The position numbers were made by a program, and so were the translations under genes. A DNA stretch of 38,041 nt from an uncultured Chromatiaceae bacterium (lineage in GTDB: Bacteria; Pseudomonadota; Gammaproteobacteria; Steroidobacterales; GCA-2729495), in the NCBI GenBank assembly GCA_964587605.1, contig CAZPNN010000436.1, positions 1-38,041 on the forward strand. The letters are read 5' to 3'. Every line of letters starts with the position of its first letter. Within the stretch, counting starts at the first letter, position 1. Below are positions 35,822-38,041 of the stretch, piece after piece. Under the pieces are notes generated by a model that saw only the letters and a program-made list of their open reading frames with translations, was not told the DNA's origin and ran no database searches.

Positions 35822-36136
35822 TCAGGACGCCAGCTTCAGGCCCAGGATACCGGCCACGATCAGGCCGATGCAGGCGAGCCTGAGTGCGCTGGCCGGCTCC
35901 GCGAACAGCAGGATACCGAGCGCGGCGGTACCGACGGCGCCGATCCCGGTCCAGACAGCGTAGGCGGTGCCAAGGGGGATGGACTTGAGGGCCAGGGCCA
36001 GCAGCCAGAAGCTGCCGATCATGGCAAGCACGGTCAAAACAGTCGGTACTGGCCGGCTGAAACCATCGGTGTACTTGAGGCCGACTGCCCAGCCAATCTC
36101 GAACAGACCGGCGATGGTGAGAAAAATCCAGGCCAT
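35822..36136 (-). CDS. sugE: SMR-family guanidinium/quaternary-ammonium exporter SugE/Gdx
   Basis: 104 aa, near-colinear with E. coli SugE ([38 protein letters not shown]). ATG 36136 is preceded by GGAAGGG. Confidence 0.9.
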   Translation of the reverse strand: MAWIFLTIAGLFEIGWAVGLKYTDGFSRPVPTVLTVLAMIGSFWLLALALKSIPLGTAYAVWTGIGAVGTAALGILLFAEPASALRLACIGLIVAGILGLKLAS

Positions 36137-36244
36137 GGCATTACCCTTCCGCAGTCGCGTGCAGCTGCAGCGTGAGCGCAACAGAACGGGGTTTTGCGCT
36201 CGTGATAGAGACTGAAGCTTATGTATAATTTGGCTTGCGCGTAA

Positions 36245-36264
36245 GGCCACCGGGTTTATAGTCG
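36245..36264 (+). repeat. 20-nt motif GGCCACCGGGTTTATAGTCG, copy 2 of 2
   Basis: Matches 125-144 at 18 of 20 positions. TTGCGC (36235-36240)-N17-TATAGT (36258-36263) forms a plausible promoter for the small + strand ORF. Confidence 0.5.
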
Positions 36265-36307
36265 TCATAACTAAAAAACCACACTCCGACACAGAAGAAG
36301 AACAACA

Positions 36308-36511
36308 ATGTCTGCCCCAAAGCACCCCGGGGATGCGCACCCCGCCCATGTGATCGACTCGGATATCGACTTCGCCGGCTACGACCCGTACATCGTTGCG
36401 ATTACCGGCGGTGGTCCCGCCAGCCTTCGAAATGACAGGCGCGGTGCCGATTCGGCGGCTGAAAGCCGCAAGGTGAAGTTAATGACCTGGCTGCGCGAGC
36501 ACGGCAGCTAG
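36308..36511 (+). CDS. Hypothetical small protein (67 aa)
   Basis: High GC3 codon pattern consistent with coding. There is no clear SD and no family recognised. Confidence 0.35.
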   Translation: MSAPKHPGDAHPAHVIDSDIDFAGYDPYIVAITGGGPASLRNDRRGADSAAESRKVKLMTWLREHGS

Positions 36512-36945
36512 CCGGCCGCCTTCCGCATCGCATCCAGCGCTGCGCGGGCAAGAAACCCAGAACGGGTCTCTCCCTGCTTGCGCGCATGGGCATCAACCGC
36601 ACGAAGAATCCGCTGCGGCAACGTAATGTTGATCCGAGCGGCCTTATCTCCAAGCTCGCTGACATCGATATCGACAATTGCCCAGGTCCAGCCGCGTTAG
36701 CTGCGTTTCTTCCGCAATTGTTCGATAGCGGCCGGTTTCGGGAAGGGCTTGCCATCATCCAGTAAGCCCTCCAGATGAAGCAAAATGGCCTCTCGTGCGT
36801 TGGTCAGCGCTTCGTCCAGCGTATCCCCTGCCGAAAAGCAGCCAGGCAAGTCAGGTACAACGACCCCGTACGCGTGTTTGGTATCGCCCTCACCAAGCCT
36901 TTGCCCAGATCCTTCTTTGGATGCTGATGACGTCGACCTGGTTGG
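36508..36945 (-). pseudogene. hicB: hicB-family antitoxin pseudogene (in-frame TAA, no start codon)
   Basis: My own translation of the minus strand gives HAYGVVVPDLPGCFSAGDTLDEALTNAREAILLHLEGLLDDGKPFPKPAAIEQLRKKRS, then TAA at 36697-36699. The same frame continues [62 protein letters not shown], i.e. a HicB fold followed by an RHH domain. There is no ATG, GTG or TTG between the upstream in-frame TAG (36946-36948) and the conserved core. Confidence 0.65.
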
Positions 36946-36950
36946 CTACC
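36882..36950 (-). pseudogene. hicA: hicA-toxin remnant
   Basis: Another minus frame reads GSQPGRRHQHPKKDLGKGLVRAI, matching the HicA C-terminal consensus (..HP.KDL..G.....I). That frame then runs into the hicB N-terminal coding region instead of terminating. The upstream part is not recognisably intact, and the 5' limit is uncertain. Confidence 0.4.
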
Positions 36951-37090
36951 ACTGAGGGGTGATTGCAATGGCCATGAAGAACCCGCTGCACATGAGCAGT
37001 TTCGTGTGGCGGGAGATGTCCCGCCAGAAACTGGCGGCGCAGTCCACGGCAACCACGGCCAAGATCGCAACGGCCGACGGCAGGGGCTGA

Positions 37091-38023
37091 TCAGGGACCG
37101 CGCACCACCGACATGATCTGGTTCATGTCGAGCGTGCTCGCCTTCTGCTCAATCTGGGGCAGGTACTGCTGCTGCATCGTCCGCCCCTGACTGGTCAGTT
37201 CCGTGAAGGTTTGCTTGAGCACAGCATTGCTCATGACGCGGCCACCGGCGTAGTAGCGCTTGGCCAGCTGCCCCAGGGCGTAGGTTGTGGCAAAGGAAAA
37301 GGCGGCCCCCGTGGCCGTCCGCCCGATTGATCCGACCATGCCCCCGGCCGCCTTGCCGAGAATCCCGCCCAGCAGTTTGCGGCCGATGCCCTCGAGGTAC
37401 TGGCCAGTGAGGCCAACGCCCAGGGTGGCCAGCAGGTCCTTGATATGGCCCCGGTCCAGCTCAAAGCCGTGGGCCTGGCCGATCCTGTAAACGAGCTTCA
37501 TCTGCAACGGAATAATGGCCAGCGACGCCATGGACTGGGGCAACAGCTCCAGCGCGCCGTTGAGGATCGATGCATTGAGGATGCTCCGGTCCAGTTCGGC
37601 GTCGGAGATCCTGGCAGGCCCGGCGACGGCCGCGGCCTCAGTTGCAGCCAGCGGTGCGGTAGCCATGGCATCGGCCTCCGCAGCAACCATGATCATGGCC
37701 GGTTGCCCCAGCCCCAGAGCAGCGCCGAGCGTAGCGAGAAACTGGTTTTCGGCGTCATTGCGCAGTCCATCTGCATCGCAGACGCCAATCGCTATCTCGT
37801 AAGCCAGCTGGCGCAGGGCCGGCGTGGACAACGCCGCGGTGGCTGACGCGACGTCAACGCGACCCAGCAGCACATCCTGATAGACAGCCGCGACGTTGAG
37901 ATCACCGCCCAGGGACTCGGCAACCTGGCGCACTTCATCCCGCTCCCGATTGTCCTTCTGGCTATCGGCGAAGGCCGCCAGCATGGCGATGCTCAGCAAT
38001 GCCTTCATCTCGGTCGGGTTCAT
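37091..38023 (-). CDS. TerB-like N-terminal domain / DUF697-like C-terminal domain protein
   Basis: The N-terminus LSIAMLAAFADSQKDNRERDEVRQVAESLG...LAYEIAIGVCDADGLRNDAENQFLATL is TerB-like. The C-terminus LAIIPLQMKLVYRIGQAHGFELD...GVGLTGQYL resembles DUF697/YcjF-type domains. Confidence 0.55.
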   Translation of the reverse strand: MNPTEMKALLSIAMLAAFADSQKDNRERDEVRQVAESLGGDLNVAAVYQDVLLGRVDVASATAALSTPALRQLAYEIAIGVCDADGLRNDAENQFLATLGAALGLGQPAMIMVAAEADAMATAPLAATEAAAVAGPARISDAELDRSILNASILNGALELLPQSMASLAIIPLQMKLVYRIGQAHGFELDRGHIKDLLATLGVGLTGQYLEGIGRKLLGGILGKAAGGMVGSIGRTATGAAFSFATTYALGQLAKRYYAGGRVMSNAVLKQTFTELTSQGRTMQQQYLPQIEQKASTLDMNQIMSVVRGP

Positions 38024-38041
38024 CGATGCGTCTCTCCAGGC

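Noticed and set aside
36137-36307. Possible guanidine riboswitch (ykkC / mini-ykkC / ykkC-III) upstream of sugE/gdx
   Set aside because: I read the minus-strand leader and found no paired ACGR-loop hairpins (guanidine-II), no CCGGACGAGG...ACCCGG pseudoknot (guanidine-III) and no ykkC conserved blocks. There is only a generic hairpin, GCGCAA-N12-TTGCGC. A covariance-model scan such as Infernal with Rfam would settle it.
36402-36758. 118-aa minus-strand ORF, and the 88-aa ORF at 36804-37070, as real genes
   Set aside because: Other frames of the same DNA give clear HicB and HicA similarity. These ORFs are off-frame or partial readings of the decayed hicAB locus.
1-38041. CRISPR arrays, rRNA/tRNA genes and IS elements
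   Set aside because: No intergenic gap exceeds about 170 bp apart from the hicAB remnant. I saw no regularly spaced repeats, tRNA-like cloverleaf candidates or transposase-like ORFs.

Overview
This is a GC-rich (about two-thirds G+C by eye), densely coding chromosomal segment. Local synteny (polA, then engB divergent from cytochrome c4-dsbA) looks like a non-enteric gammaproteobacterium; that is an inference. I support about 45 CDSs. They include fadE and a partial mevalonate set (HMG-CoA synthase, phosphomevalonate kinase, diphosphomevalonate decarboxylase) divergent from ispA. Next come exeA/gspA-gspB, a DhaL(DAK2)-DegV fusion and an ABC-2 exporter, then a divergent FlhD-like/FlhC-like regulator pair with palindromic operator-like repeats, nudC, an NRDE protein and a Sel1 protein. 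An arginine operon follows: argR-argG-X-argC-argD-argF'-argB-argH, where X is an unknown P-loop protein. The rest is an aldo-keto reductase, lptM, polA, engB, cytochrome c4, lipoprotein DsbA, one tightly packed minus-strand array (sugE-DUF2784-three unknowns-mocA-like-moaD-moaE), a decayed hicAB module and a TerB-like/DUF697-like protein. I saw no rRNA, tRNA, CRISPR array, transposase or integrase. The best leads are: (1) gene X inside an arginine operon that lacks argA/argJ and argE in this window; (2) the non-flagellar FlhC/FlhD-like pair; (3) mevalonate genes beside ispA; (4) argH ending inside a 30-bp repeat that recurs 1.1 kb downstream; (5) the hicAB remnant. All family calls come from manual motif recognition and need profile or structure searches.
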